DNA of 57,604 nucleotides from Candidatus Woesearchaeota archaeon (GTDB taxonomy: Archaea > Nanobdellota > Nanobdellia > Woesearchaeales > UBA11576). Positions 1 to 9,409 of the stretch are shown here, in pieces. Made by a program: the position numbers and the translations under genes. Under the pieces are notes generated by a model. It made no database searches and was not told the DNA's origin. It saw nothing but the letters and a program-made list of their open reading frames with translations. The stretch is from positions 1-57,604 of the forward strand of contig JACQXV010000195.1 of assembly GCA_016208715.1 (NCBI GenBank). The letters run 5' to 3'. The first letter of the stretch is position 1; each line of letters begins with the position of its first letter.

Positions 1-2060
1 AAATTATCTTTTTGGAGAATATTCTCCATTTTTTCTTTAACGTATTCTCTTACTTCATAGATTTTATCCATATCTTCATCAAGAAGATATTTGAACAGTT
101 TTTCAACTTGAAGTATAAACGCTGAAACAAGAGGATTTTTTTTTGTATTTAGTGAAATTAACGGCGCAATTTCATTCTTTAATTCATTGACATAGTCTTT
201 TAAATCACACTTCCGCGATACAACTTTTTTGATTATGGGTAATTTTTCTCTGACAATAAAAGAATCTTTGCCTAAAGCGTCAACTTCATCAATAATCTTA
301 TTTTCAATAAACACTTTTTGTTTATCGTTCAATTTTTTCTTTAATAGCTCAACTCTATTCAGGAAAATCTTTGTTAAAATATCTGTTCCTGCTTTACTCT
401 CTTTAGCTTCTTTTAAATGATGATACCTAATGTTTGAATGTCCACCTATTGTAAAATCAAGTATTAAGAATTCTTGTTTATCATTATTTGGAAGCCATTC
501 TTTATGCTTGCAGGCTCTTAAGTTTCTTGTTCCCCGACCTAACATTTGCCAGAATCTAATACCGGAGAATACTGGCTTAACAAAAATGAGGTTACAAACT
601 TCTGGAATATCAACACCTGTATCTAGTACACCCACAGACAACGCAATTCGTGGCTCAGAATCTAATTTAAATCTGGAAATTTCATCAGTATACCTGTAAA
701 TTTCTGAAATGATTATTTGAACGTCGTTGCTTAATCTTGGATCAAGTCTGTTAAATATTCTCTTAATGTGTTTCGCATGAGCTACATTTGCGCAAAAAAA
801 TATAGTTTTTGCCGGTTTTCCTTCATCTGACTTATAACATCTATTCAAAAATTCCCTAACAACTAATTCATTGGTTTTATCATCCATAAAAACTTTAGCG
901 AAAGAAGAACCTGGAAGCATCATATATCTTGGGTCTTCTTCCTGTTTCATTAATTCAAGTTGCAGCTGTTTTGTTAGGCTTGCTCCTTCAATTCCTAGGG
1001 AGAGAACTTTAGTATCAATAATTTGTGCGTTATACGGAACGAGAACCTCATCTCTAATCGCATCATCATAAGTATATTCAACAGTCGCTTTATGCCCCTC
1101 ACAACCAAATAATTCAAATGTATTTCTGGTTTCTTCTTTTGAGGGGGTTGCGGTTAATCCTATTCTAATCGCATCAAAATATCTGTGAATCTCTCTATTG
1201 GGGTCATAAATTGAACGGTGAGCTTCATCAAATATAAGTAAATCGAAGAACCCCGGGCTAAATTTTTCATACCATTTTTTCTTTTTACCGCTTCTTAGTG
1301 TTTGAACTGTTGTAACATAAAGCCCATTTGGGAAACTACTAGGATTTTCTCTCAGATCAACGACCGCCTCTTGAAAAAACTCTTTGAAGCCAGCAGATTT
1401 AGCTTGATTGGTTAATGCAATCCTATCGGCAATGAACAAAACATTTCGCACAATGTTTACTTTCAAAAGAATGTCAATCATACCCATAGCGACTCTTGTC
1501 TTTCCTGTTCCAGTTGCCATAGAAATAAGTCCTGCCCTGTTTCCTTTATGGATATGCTCCATCATCTGTTTAACAATAAGTACGCTTCTTGGACGGTCAA
1601 CAATGTTGCTAATATTTATCTTAGTTGGATCCCTTCTCTTACGATGCAACTCTAATCTTCTTTTCAAATCGGATTGAGAAAATACACCACTAACGTGCCG
1701 TTCTATGCCGTCTTGGTCTATGAAGAGCCATTTATTGCCATTCGTAAGAAAATAGGGGATCTTTTCTGAAGTTTGTTTTTCTACATCCCTAAGATATGTT
1801 CTTGCTTGAGCCCGCCCAATATCTTCTGATTTAGAAAACTTTTTTGCTTCAATAAACGCAATAGGGCTATTATCCTCAGCCAGCAGTAAGTAATCCATAA
1901 ACCTTCCAGAATCGTCATCTTTCCCCTCTGAAAGAACATACTCCTTAGTATTGAAATTAGACTTAATTGTATTAATTTCTTCCTTAACGTACTTCTTAAG
2001 CCAGCCAGCAGTAACTAACTGTTTGTCAATCAACTGCTCTCTCGTTTGTTTTTCATCCAT
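1..2060 (-). CDS. Type I restriction enzyme R-subunit-like (HsdR-family) nuclease/helicase; C-terminus runs off the left window edge
   Basis: My own reverse-strand translation from the ATG at 2060 is open to position 1 (about 686 codons); the ORF is missing from the track because it is edge-truncated. N-terminus reads MDEKQTREQLIDKQLVTAGW (HsdR_N-like), with a PD-(D/E)xK-like DYLLLAEDNSPIAFIEAKK. Helicase motifs: Walker A MATGTGKT, DEAH box LIFDEAH, TATP, and motif VI QMLGRGTR. Confidence 0.75.
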   Translation of the reverse strand, partial: MDEKQTREQLIDKQLVTAGWLKKYVKEEINTIKSNFNTKEYVLSEGKDDDSGRFMDYLLLAEDNSPIAFIEAKKFSKSEDIGRAQARTYLRDVEKQTSEKIPYFLTNGNKWLFIDQDGIERHVSGVFSQSDLKRRLELHRKRRDPTKINISNIVDRPRSVLIVKQMMEHIHKGNRAGLISMATGTGKTRVAMGMIDILLKVNIVRNVLFIADRIALTNQAKSAGFKEFFQEAVVDLRENPSSFPNGLYVTTVQTLRSGKKKKWYEKFSPGFFDLLIFDEAHRSIYDPNREIHRYFDAIRIGLTATPSKEETRNTFELFGCEGHKATVEYTYDDAIRDEVLVPYNAQIIDTKVLSLGIEGASLTKQLQLELMKQEEDPRYMMLPGSSFAKVFMDDKTNELVVREFLNRCYKSDEGKPAKTIFFCANVAHAKHIKRIFNRLDPRLSNDVQIIISEIYRYTDEISRFKLDSEPRIALSVGVLDTGVDIPEVCNLIFVKPVFSGIRFWQMLGRGTRNLRACKHKEWLPNNDKQEFLILDFTIGGHSNIRYHHLKEAKESKAGTDILTKIFLNRVELLKKKLNDKQKVFIENKIIDEVDALGKDSFIVREKLPIIKKVVSRKCDLKDYVNELKNEIAPLISLNTKKNPLVSAFILQVEKLFKYLLDEDMDKIYEVREYVKEKMENILQKDN

Positions 2061-2272
2061 TTATAAACTGAAATACCTACTTTATTATATAAATTCTACG
2101 ATTAAAACTCCTAAGCCCCTCACGAACCATAGTCTCGCTTTGCTCGAAATTTGATAAAAATACAATCTAAAAAACTACGGCACCTATCTGATTTTCGGCA
2201 GTAAGAAAACTCTGCGCTCACTACGTTCGCTTGCCCAGCTGCGCTCTCACTTCATTTTTATGTCCTGCGGGA

Positions 2273-2755
2273 CTAAACTCGTCCGGCTTCCTCGTTCACA
2301 AACCGTCGAACTTCTTCTTCACTTGTTTCATCGACGGTGAGAAACATTGCGTTTATTCCTTCTTTGAGGTTTTCTTCGTCTGAAATGAGGTGGTGTGTTT
2401 TGGGGTTGATAATCCACTTCTTGTCTTGATTTGAGAAAGGATTGACGAAATAGATAATGAGATTGTCTATTGATGAGAGTTTATTCCACGCCCTGAGGAG
2501 TGCTGCGAGATTCTTGGCGGTGTTGAAGACGGCGATTCCTTTGTGCGGTTCAGAAAGAACGGGAGATAGTGCAGACTCAAAATCTTCAACAAATGGTACG
2601 ATAATATAGGTGGTATTCTTGTCCTTGCTCTCTACTTTTACAAAATTGCCTTCCATCTTGATTGCGTTGATTTTGCGGAAGGCCAGGTCGCGATTTTTAA
2701 GGTAGCGTTCAAGCCATTCTGCAAGGTAGGCAGCAGGGTCTCTTTTTTGATTCAC
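2273..2755 (-). CDS. hypothetical protein (160 aa), no recognisable motif
   Basis: Clean ORF with backbone-like composition and a TAG stop. I recognise no family. Confidence 0.45.
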   Translation of the reverse strand: MNQKRDPAAYLAEWLERYLKNRDLAFRKINAIKMEGNFVKVESKDKNTTYIIVPFVEDFESALSPVLSEPHKGIAVFNTAKNLAALLRAWNKLSSIDNLIIYFVNPFSNQDKKWIINPKTHHLISDEENLKEGINAMFLTVDETSEEEVRRFVNEEAGRV

Positions 2756-2890
2756 GCAAATTCCTCTTTTGGTATTTAATGCTCACAAAGCAGGCAACTA
2801 ATGCGTTGGCAGATATTTAAAGTTTTTGTAATCTCAGGAATAAAAGAATAATCTGAAGAATAACCTCTGCGTAGAATAAGTAAATAAAAT

Positions 2891-3175
2891 GTATTTGTTT
2901 AGCTCACTTTGTGCGTTCACACTTTTCACGACCAGCACCGCGAGAGCCACGCTGCGCGTGTCTTCGCTCAACCAATGCCGCGTGAAGCTCAGGGCGCGAT
3001 GCTGGTTGCCGAATCGTGCCACCCCGTAAGGGGCGCGATGCTGGTTGCCGAATCGTGCCACCCCGTAAGGGACAACCCCCGTCACGAAGTGATACAGAAA
3101 TATTCATGCCCTTCGCAAACTTCACGGCGGCATTGGTTGTGCTGGTCGTGCGACAGTATGTGGCTAAACAAATAC
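2891..3175. mobile_element. MITE-like element, B-type termini (GTATTTGTTTAGC...GCTAAACAAATAC), 285 bp
   Basis: 13-bp terminal inverted repeats. An exact 8-bp direct repeat AATAAAAT flanks it at 2883-2890 and 3176-3183. The interior folds back on itself (CACGACCAGCAC at about 2928 pairs with GTGCTGGTCGTG at about 3140). It has no coding capacity. Confidence 0.75.
2993..3070. repeat. Perfect tandem duplication, 2 x 39 bp (GGCGCGATGCTGGTTGCCGAATCGTGCCACCCCGTAAGG), inside the MITE
   Basis: Units at 2993-3031 and 3032-3070 are identical by direct reading. Confidence 0.9.
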
Positions 3176-3182
3176 AATAAAA

Positions 3183-4916
3183 TTAATAGTTATCAGGAAT
3201 CCTTCGAAACACTTTGCGCAATCGTGTAAGCGGCAATGTGTTCACGACATCTGCTTTCGTGAGCCAGCCGCGCCGCGCCTGCGCAACTCCATACCGCATA
3301 TTGAGTAGTTGTGTTGAAGCGTGACTGTCAGTATCGATGGAAAATAGTAAGCCATATTCTTTTGCAATCCTGATGTGCGAGCCATTAAGATCAAGACGGG
3401 CGAGCTGACTGTTGATCTCGACTACCTTCTTATTCTGCGCCGCAACATCAAAAATCTTCGCGAAGTCTGCTTCATACGGTTCACGCTGCCCGATGAGCCG
3501 CCCTGATGGGTGTCCTAAAATGTCGAGATATTTATTCTCCAGTGCGGAACAAATCCGTTGTGTCATTTCCTGCTCGCTTGACTTAAAGCGTGAGTGAATA
3601 GAACAGACTGCAATGTGCAGTTGACGGAGGATCTCATCAGGATAGTCCAAAGTCCCGTCGGCGCGGATGTCGATCTCCGACCCTTTAAGGACGCGGATCT
3701 TGTATTTTCTCGACAGGGCATCGATTTGTTTCCATTGCTGTTTCAGCCTGTCTATTTCAAGGCCGTGCGCGATTCTTTCAGAAGGCGAATGGTCAGTGAT
3801 AGCAATATACTCATACCCGAGTTTTTGTGCTGCTGCAACCATCGCTTCGATGCTCTCTGTTCCATCGGAAAGCTTTGTGTGGACGTGAAGGTCGCCGCGG
3901 ATATCGGCAGCCTCAATAAGCTTTGGGAGTTTGCCCTTTTGCGCTGCTTCAAGCTCGCCTGCGGACTCCCGCAGTTCAGGAGGAACATAAGAAAATCCAA
4001 GTTTTGAGTATACTTCTTCTTCCGTTGCCCCGGCAACTTGTTCTCCCGTCTTCTTTGAAAAGAGGCCGTACTCTGAAAGTTTGTATCCTTTTTTGATCGC
4101 GATGTTCCGTAGCGCAATGTTGTGGTCTTTGCTTCCGGTGAAGTACTGCAGCGCTGCTCCATAACTTTTTCTTGGAAGTATGCGCAGGTCAACGTGCACG
4201 CCTTCTTTTAGGATGATGCTGCTTTTTGTCTTGCCTGAAGCAAGCACACGCTTGACAGAGGGGAGGTGCGTGAATGCGCGCGTGACCTTTGCTGCTTCGG
4301 ATGAGACTACAAGGATGTCGATGTCGCCGATAGTCTCTTTCATGCGCCGAAGCGAGCCAGCGTACTGGATCTGCTGTAGCTGCGCTCTCATCTTTAGAAA
4401 CGCGATAATCTCTTCTGCAAGTGGCAGTGCCCTTCCCAAAAGCATGCGTTGCCGCCCAAGTTCGTGTAGCGCGAGCGATTTAAGCAGGTTTTGTTCGCTG
4501 ACTTCTCCGAATCCGGCGACGTTTCGGAGTTTGTGCTCCTCAAGTGCTTTACTGAGACTTACAAGATTTTTGATGCCAAGTTTTTCGGTAAGGATTTTGA
4601 CTTTACGCGGGCCAAGTCCTTCTATTTCGAGAAGTTCCGTGTAGCCCTTGGGCGCTTTTTTAAGAATTGTCAGGAATCTTTGGACTTTTCCTTTTTTAAT
4701 GTATTCTATGATGTGGTCTGCTATGCCGGATCCAACGCCCGGAATTTCTTCGAGCCCTTTTTTTCCTTTGCTCTCGAAGATTCCAGCTAAATCGTCCTGC
4801 ATGGCTTCAATAGCTCGTGCAGCCTTGCGGTATGCTTCGGGTTTCCAGGGGACCTGCTGTAATTCAAGTACATCGGCAACGTCATACAGGAGTTTTACGA
4901 ATTGTTGGTTGATCAT
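3183..4916 (-). CDS. polX: Family X DNA polymerase (PolX) with C-terminal PHP phosphoesterase domain
   Basis: 577 aa. N-terminal HhH/Pol-beta-like region with the nucleotidyltransferase motif GDIDILV. C-terminal PHP motifs [12 protein letters not shown] and IAITDHS. The start overlaps the ligase stop (ATGA at 4913-4916). Confidence 0.9.
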   Translation of the reverse strand: MINQQFVKLLYDVADVLELQQVPWKPEAYRKAARAIEAMQDDLAGIFESKGKKGLEEIPGVGSGIADHIIEYIKKGKVQRFLTILKKAPKGYTELLEIEGLGPRKVKILTEKLGIKNLVSLSKALEEHKLRNVAGFGEVSEQNLLKSLALHELGRQRMLLGRALPLAEEIIAFLKMRAQLQQIQYAGSLRRMKETIGDIDILVVSSEAAKVTRAFTHLPSVKRVLASGKTKSSIILKEGVHVDLRILPRKSYGAALQYFTGSKDHNIALRNIAIKKGYKLSEYGLFSKKTGEQVAGATEEEVYSKLGFSYVPPELRESAGELEAAQKGKLPKLIEAADIRGDLHVHTKLSDGTESIEAMVAAAQKLGYEYIAITDHSPSERIAHGLEIDRLKQQWKQIDALSRKYKIRVLKGSEIDIRADGTLDYPDEILRQLHIAVCSIHSRFKSSEQEMTQRICSALENKYLDILGHPSGRLIGQREPYEADFAKIFDVAAQNKKVVEINSQLARLDLNGSHIRIAKEYGLLFSIDTDSHASTQLLNMRYGVAQARRGWLTKADVVNTLPLTRLRKVFRRIPDNY

Positions 4917-6643
4917 GAGCTATTATTTCTTTTGTAGAGTGCGATGATTTGTTTGATGGTGGTGGCGTCGGTCGGTCCTTTGTCTTTTCGTATCCTGATG
5001 AATCGTGGGAAGCGCAGAGCGAGCCCTGTCTTGAGTATATCCTTTGCAGCAGTGTGATTTGGACTTTTGGTGATCTCGGCCCCGAGGACTTCAATCACTA
5101 GTCTCGGTTCATAGTAAGTATCTGGGATCATTGGCTTTTCGACTCTTAAAAGTTTCTGTTTTGTTTTTATTTCAAAGGGGCGCAGTTCTTTCTTGAGCTG
5201 TGCGAAATCTTTTTCAGTGAATCCGCTGCCAACTTTAGTGAATGTCTCGAATTGCCCGTTTTGCTTATTGTACGCTGCGCAGAGGAGCGCTCCAAAAAAT
5301 CCTTTCCTGATTCCTTTACCCGCGTAGCTCCCGATGACAACAAGGTCGAATGTTTCGCGCATGCCTTGGGCGTATTCTTTTTTCCATTTTATCCATGCCC
5401 AGCCGCGCTTGCCTGGCCTGTAGAATGAGTCGGGTCCTGTCGATTTTGCGATGATGCCTTCGAGTCCTCGCTTGACGGATCTTTCGAAAAATGCTTGGAT
5501 AACATTGATGCGTGCGGATGTAACGCCTCCTGCAAGTTTAAGGCGCTCAGATTCACGCATGATGCTTGCAAGCAGTTTTTTGCGTTCAGGATAGCTTTTT
5601 TTGAGAAGTGATCTGCCATTCAGGTAAAGGACATCAAACAGGAATATCTTGGTTGGAATTTTTGCTCTGTATGCTTCAACATCGTACTTACGTCGTCGTT
5701 GCATGAGCAGCTGGAATGGCATGATCTTGCCATTCTTGACAGCCACAACTTCTCCATCCAGGACAGCAGTTTTTGCCGTGATGCCTTTTCTGGCCGCTTC
5801 AATGATTTCTGGGTATTGTGCGCCAATGTTTTCGAGGCGTCGTGAGAATGCAATGATTCGGTCGCCGTTTTTGTGAATCTGCATGCGTTCTCCATCGTAT
5901 TTCTCCTCAGCAGAAATCTCTCCAGGGATCTTCTCGAAAATCTCTGCGACGGCATTGACGCGTTGCGCAAGCATCGACTGCACAGGCCTGCCGACACTGA
6001 TATCGAACTGCTCGGTCGCTTTGATTCCTCTTTTTGCAAGAGATTCTCCAAGCCAGCCTATGTCGGTACACACATTGTAGCTGTCTTCGATTCGTTGACG
6101 ATTGGCAATGCTTCCCGTGAACGCCAGTGCGAAAGCGTCGAGCAGGGATTTGTCAGCGACGCCGAGACGCAGCTTGCCAAGCGCGATGCGCACAAGGTAT
6201 TTAGCTTCGGTAGGAGACGCTTGCTTGAGCAGTTTTGCTATGAGTTGTATTTTTTTTTCTTGGCTTCGTTCTCCAGCAGCGTCTCTCACAGCTAACAGCG
6301 TCTGGTGTACTTTTTGGATTGTGAGTTTGTTCTTGCCGTGTGAAGAGAGCGACTCTGCGACGTCTCCAAGATCGCCTTTTTGCAAAAGCAGTCTCTTCAC
6401 TTTTTGGGGGAGTTCTTCGCTTGCCGCGCAGACTGCGCGCATGGCCATCTTTTCTGCGATGCCCAGCTCTGTTTTCTCGTAGTGTGGCCCTACTGTTCCA
6501 AGGGAAAGGTACGCTGCGGTCTTCACATCTCCTCTTGGGATTTGCTTAAAAAATCTGACAAGAATGTCGCGTATCTTTAAGTAAGAAGTCTCTTTTTCCA
6601 GTTCAGCATAGAGTGCCGCCAGGTTCTTGAATGCTGTAGGCAT
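4913..6643 (-). CDS. lig: ATP-dependent DNA ligase
   Basis: 576 aa. Adenylation motif EEKYDGERMQIH (KxDG), plus LDGEVVA and FLFDVLYLNG; the OB-fold region has a typical archaeal Lig1 layout. Confidence 0.95.
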   Translation of the reverse strand: MPTAFKNLAALYAELEKETSYLKIRDILVRFFKQIPRGDVKTAAYLSLGTVGPHYEKTELGIAEKMAMRAVCAASEELPQKVKRLLLQKGDLGDVAESLSSHGKNKLTIQKVHQTLLAVRDAAGERSQEKKIQLIAKLLKQASPTEAKYLVRIALGKLRLGVADKSLLDAFALAFTGSIANRQRIEDSYNVCTDIGWLGESLAKRGIKATEQFDISVGRPVQSMLAQRVNAVAEIFEKIPGEISAEEKYDGERMQIHKNGDRIIAFSRRLENIGAQYPEIIEAARKGITAKTAVLDGEVVAVKNGKIMPFQLLMQRRRKYDVEAYRAKIPTKIFLFDVLYLNGRSLLKKSYPERKKLLASIMRESERLKLAGGVTSARINVIQAFFERSVKRGLEGIIAKSTGPDSFYRPGKRGWAWIKWKKEYAQGMRETFDLVVIGSYAGKGIRKGFFGALLCAAYNKQNGQFETFTKVGSGFTEKDFAQLKKELRPFEIKTKQKLLRVEKPMIPDTYYEPRLVIEVLGAEITKSPNHTAAKDILKTGLALRFPRFIRIRKDKGPTDATTIKQIIALYKRNNSS

Positions 6644-6662
6644 GAGGATGAAAAATGCACCC

Positions 6663-6674
6663 AGGTTTATAAGG
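6663..6674 (-). promoter_or_regulatory. TATA-like box (AGGTTTATAAGG) about 26 nt upstream of the ligase ATG; implies a leaderless or short-leader mRNA
   Basis: The spacing to the ATG at 6643 fits an archaeal TATA-to-TSS distance. The same AGGTTTAWA motif recurs upstream of other genes in the window. Confidence 0.4.
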
Positions 6675-6812
6675 ATTGTCCAGTTTACTGTCTTTGACCC
6701 GAATATACTGCGGCAAACTGCGGAGCATAAAGCACAAACGAAATTATCAGGTAATGAAATTCATAAGATAGTATATCAGATAGTACACAAACAAGAGAAA
6801 ACAAAAACCTTA

Positions 6813-6973
6813 GAGTCTATCTCGGTAGGTCGGATCGAGCATGGGAAACAAGATGCAAGCAGTGCAAGGCGCGAGGAAGGAGCATAGCCAGAGGCTATGT
6901 GACTGACGAAGCAACGCAGCAATGCGCTGCGGATTGTTTGCCAGGCGATGAGAGCACCTATCGAGATAGGCTC
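6813..6973. mobile_element. About 161-bp imperfect palindromic element (candidate MITE or structured sRNA) abutting the PCNA stop codon
   Basis: Ends are GAGTCTATCTCGGTAGGT and ACCTATCGAGATAGGCTC (18-nt inverted repeat, 2 mismatches). TTA flanks it on both sides (6810-6812 and 6974-6976), and the right-hand TTA is the PCNA TAA stop read on the minus strand. There is an internal hairpin CATAGCC-aga-GGCTATG. Confidence 0.4.
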
Positions 6974-7717
6974 TTAGTCGTTCTCAACTCTTGGCGCAAG
7001 AATAAAGCCGAGGAACATCTTATCGATAACTTTGTACTCGATCTTGAGCGGGTAGTCCTTGTTGAACTGCAGGGTGACATCATTTGCGAGCTTGCCTGCA
7101 GCGATCATCTTCTTGAGATATTCTATTGAGTACTTTGCTTTGACCTTGTCCGAAGTGTCGGACACAATGATGGTGTCGTCTTTGGATGGGATTTCAATGC
7201 GCGCCTTGCTTAAGTCTCCTTCTGCAAGGACAGTGAACTTTTTGTTGTCTACAATGAAACTGACCGATTCAGCAACAACATCTACGTCTTCGATTGCGTC
7301 TGCAAGCACCGCGGTTTTTGTCTTGATCGTAAGCGGAAAGCGCAAGTCTGGGACGCGCTGCTCTTTCTCTTCAACATCGATGATCGGCAAGTAGAACGTG
7401 CGAGTCGATCCGCCCTTAAACTCCACTTTAAGTTTGCCTTCCTCAATCTCAAGAGTAAGCGTGTCATTTGATTTTCCGCGCTTGAGGATCTGTTTGAAGT
7501 TATTAAGGTTAATCGCGATCTCAACATCTTCTCCGACTTTGAATTCAGAAAATGCAGAAGAAAGAAGTTTGAAGACGACCATCGCGACGTTTGCGGGGTC
7601 CATCGCGACAAGCTCCATCGAGTGCTTGGTGATCTTAAACGAAGCTTCATTAACAAGTTCAGCAATCAGAGAAACGCTATCCCGTAGATAATTTGGTTCG
7701 ACCAGTGTCAGTTTCAT
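6974..7717 (-). CDS. pcn: DNA polymerase sliding clamp PCNA
   Basis: 247 aa from the internal ATG (MKLTLVEPNYLRD...). Length and sequence pattern are archaeal PCNA-like. The 16-codon upstream extension in the ORF track is probably not translated. Confidence 0.88.
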   Translation of the reverse strand: MKLTLVEPNYLRDSVSLIAELVNEASFKITKHSMELVAMDPANVAMVVFKLLSSAFSEFKVGEDVEIAINLNNFKQILKRGKSNDTLTLEIEEGKLKVEFKGGSTRTFYLPIIDVEEKEQRVPDLRFPLTIKTKTAVLADAIEDVDVVAESVSFIVDNKKFTVLAEGDLSKARIEIPSKDDTIIVSDTSDKVKAKYSIEYLKKMIAAGKLANDVTLQFNKDYPLKIEYKVIDKMFLGFILAPRVEND

Positions 7718-7794
7718 GCTAACCCCTTTCAAAAGTGTGCTCGCTTCTTTGAGAAGGCCACACATACGTTATATTTATGTTTTATGGTAGCGGA

Positions 7795-7937
7795 GGCTCT
7801 GTCCCGAATCTGCCGCTGCCACCCTGCGAGCTGAAACGATTTACCTTGTGTTAGACATCCTCTCGGTTACGATATGACCAACACATTCACAGCGAGCGGT
7901 GCAGCGGCCGAGCGTAAGCGAGATTCGGGACAGAGCC
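7795..7937. mobile_element. MITE-like element, A-type termini (GGCTCTGTCCCGAATCT...AGATTCGGGACAGAGCC), 143 bp
   Basis: 17-bp perfect terminal inverted repeats. An exact 9-bp direct repeat GGTAGCGGA flanks it at 7786-7794 and 7938-7946. It shares the inner core (GCCGCTGCCACCCTGCGAGCTG ... CAGCGAGCGGTGCAGCGGC) with the other copies. Confidence 0.85.
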
Positions 7938-7997
7938 GGTAGCGGAAACGGGTTTTAAAGCCTATAAAAGAAGAATCGTTCAAATATTGGTTCTGGT

Positions 7998-9212
7998 TCA
8001 ACCAAACATGCGTAGGTAATCGTCGCCTTCTATTTCTCCAGAGCGTTTGACCTTTTCAATTGCGGATAGAAAATCCTTTTCAATGACTTTTATACGGTTG
8101 TCTCGGATAGCGAAGTATCCTGCTTCAGTGCAGCTTGCTTTGATTTCGGCGCCGGAGAACCCTTCCATGAGGTTAAAGAGTTTTTCAGCATTGATCTTTT
8201 TGTCAAGTGTCATTCTAGCAGTGTGTATCTTGAAGATTTCCTTGATGCCTTCTTTGTTCGGATTGGACACGTGTATGAGACGGTCGAGTCGTCCAGGTCG
8301 CAATATTGCTGGATCGAGGATGTCTTTACGGTTTGTGCAGCCGATGATTTTGACGTTATCAAGGTGCTTAAACCCGTCGATTTCTGCAAGGAATTGCATG
8401 AATGTTCGTTGGACTTCGCGCTCGCCGCTCGTTCCGATTTCGATGCGCTTTGCGGCAAGTGCGTCGATTTCGTCTATAAAGATTATGCTGGGTGCCTTTT
8501 CGCGTGCAAGCTGGAATATTTCCTTGATCAGTTTTGCGCCTTCGCCGATAAATTTCTGCACAAGTTCTGATCCTACAATTTCGATGAAGATTGAGTGAGT
8601 GGACGATGCTACTGCTTTTGCTAACAACGTCTTGCCGGTTCCTGGAGGACCATAGAGGAGGATTCCTTTAGGTGGGTGGATGCCGACTTTTTCGAAGAGT
8701 TCGGGTTTTTGAAGGGGAAGTTCGATGACCTCTTTGATCTCTTCTGCTTGTTCTGCGAGTCCGCCCACCTCTTCCCAGGAAAGGTTTGGCTTTTCAACGA
8801 TGACGAATCGTTCGACATTGAATGTTTTTGAGAGAGGAATTTTTCGGACAACTGTGAGATTTTTTTGTTCAACAAGAACCGAATCTCCGGCTTTTAGGTC
8901 AGCGACATTGGGCGACAGGCCTACGTAGAATTCATTGCCATTGTTGAGCTTGAGCAACACGTTTTCATCTATGACATCTTTGATTTCTGCCACAAGCAGC
9001 GGAACTTGTTGGAATCGTGCAAGCTCTTTTTTAAGGTGCCCAACGGTTTCTTTAAGAATGCGGTTCTCGTCTTCAAGAACATGCATGTCGGTAGAATATC
9101 CGGTAATGATGCTGGTTAGGATCTCCTTGTCTCGCGCTTCGGCGCTAATTGCACCGGCAGTCGCGCCAGCAGCTGCTCCTATAGCCTTCTGCAGCTTATT
9201 TTTACTGTCCAT
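7998..9212 (-). CDS. pan: Proteasome-activating nucleotidase (PAN, AAA+ ATPase)
   Basis: 404 aa. N-terminal coiled coil and OB region, Walker A GPPGTGKT, Walker B IIFIDEIDA, typical PAN C-terminus. Confidence 0.9.
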   Translation of the reverse strand: MDSKNKLQKAIGAAAGATAGAISAEARDKEILTSIITGYSTDMHVLEDENRILKETVGHLKKELARFQQVPLLVAEIKDVIDENVLLKLNNGNEFYVGLSPNVADLKAGDSVLVEQKNLTVVRKIPLSKTFNVERFVIVEKPNLSWEEVGGLAEQAEEIKEVIELPLQKPELFEKVGIHPPKGILLYGPPGTGKTLLAKAVASSTHSIFIEIVGSELVQKFIGEGAKLIKEIFQLAREKAPSIIFIDEIDALAAKRIEIGTSGEREVQRTFMQFLAEIDGFKHLDNVKIIGCTNRKDILDPAILRPGRLDRLIHVSNPNKEGIKEIFKIHTARMTLDKKINAEKLFNLMEGFSGAEIKASCTEAGYFAIRDNRIKVIEKDFLSAIEKVKRSGEIEGDDYLRMFG

Positions 9213-9257
9213 AAGCCACCAGAACGTTGATGCGCTTTATAAAGGTTGCGAATTTCA

Positions 9258-9303
9258 GGCTCTGTCCCGAATCTCGCTTACGCTCGATCGCTGCACTGGT
9301 GCA
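9258..9303. repeat. Solo half of an A-type MITE (one terminal arm only, inverted orientation)
   Basis: GGCTCTGTCCCGAATCTCGCTTACGCTCGATCGCTGCAC matches the reverse complement of the right arm of the 7795 and 37828 copies. No partner arm lies nearby. Confidence 0.55.
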
Positions 9304-9409
9304 TAATCATGGTACATAATCAAATACGGTGATGGAAACAAGGCACAATTCTGAATAGAACCGAATTTTACCGGAATGATTATTCAGATGAAATTCAGAT
9401 GAAACTCTT

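Noticed and set aside
2993-3070. A diversity-generating retroelement (template/variable repeat pair) or a retron, as an explanation for the repeats
   Set aside because: The two 39-bp units are identical, with no adenine-specific mismatches. No reverse transcriptase ORF exists anywhere in the window.
2834-3229. Track ORFs 2834-3085, 2904-3125 and 2909-3229 (73-106 aa), which overlap each other on both strands
   Set aside because: They lie entirely inside the 2891-3175 MITE. Their repetitive peptides (for example GNQHRAPYGVARF twice) are just translations of the 39-bp tandem duplication.
3412-6580. Numerous 60-180 aa ORFs antisense to or out of frame within polX, lig, pan, tyrS, pheS, pheT, mcm and the large surface genes
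   Set aside because: They are shadow ORFs inside strongly supported coding regions, with no motifs and skewed composition (Ser/Arg/Cys-rich) typical of off-frame translation.
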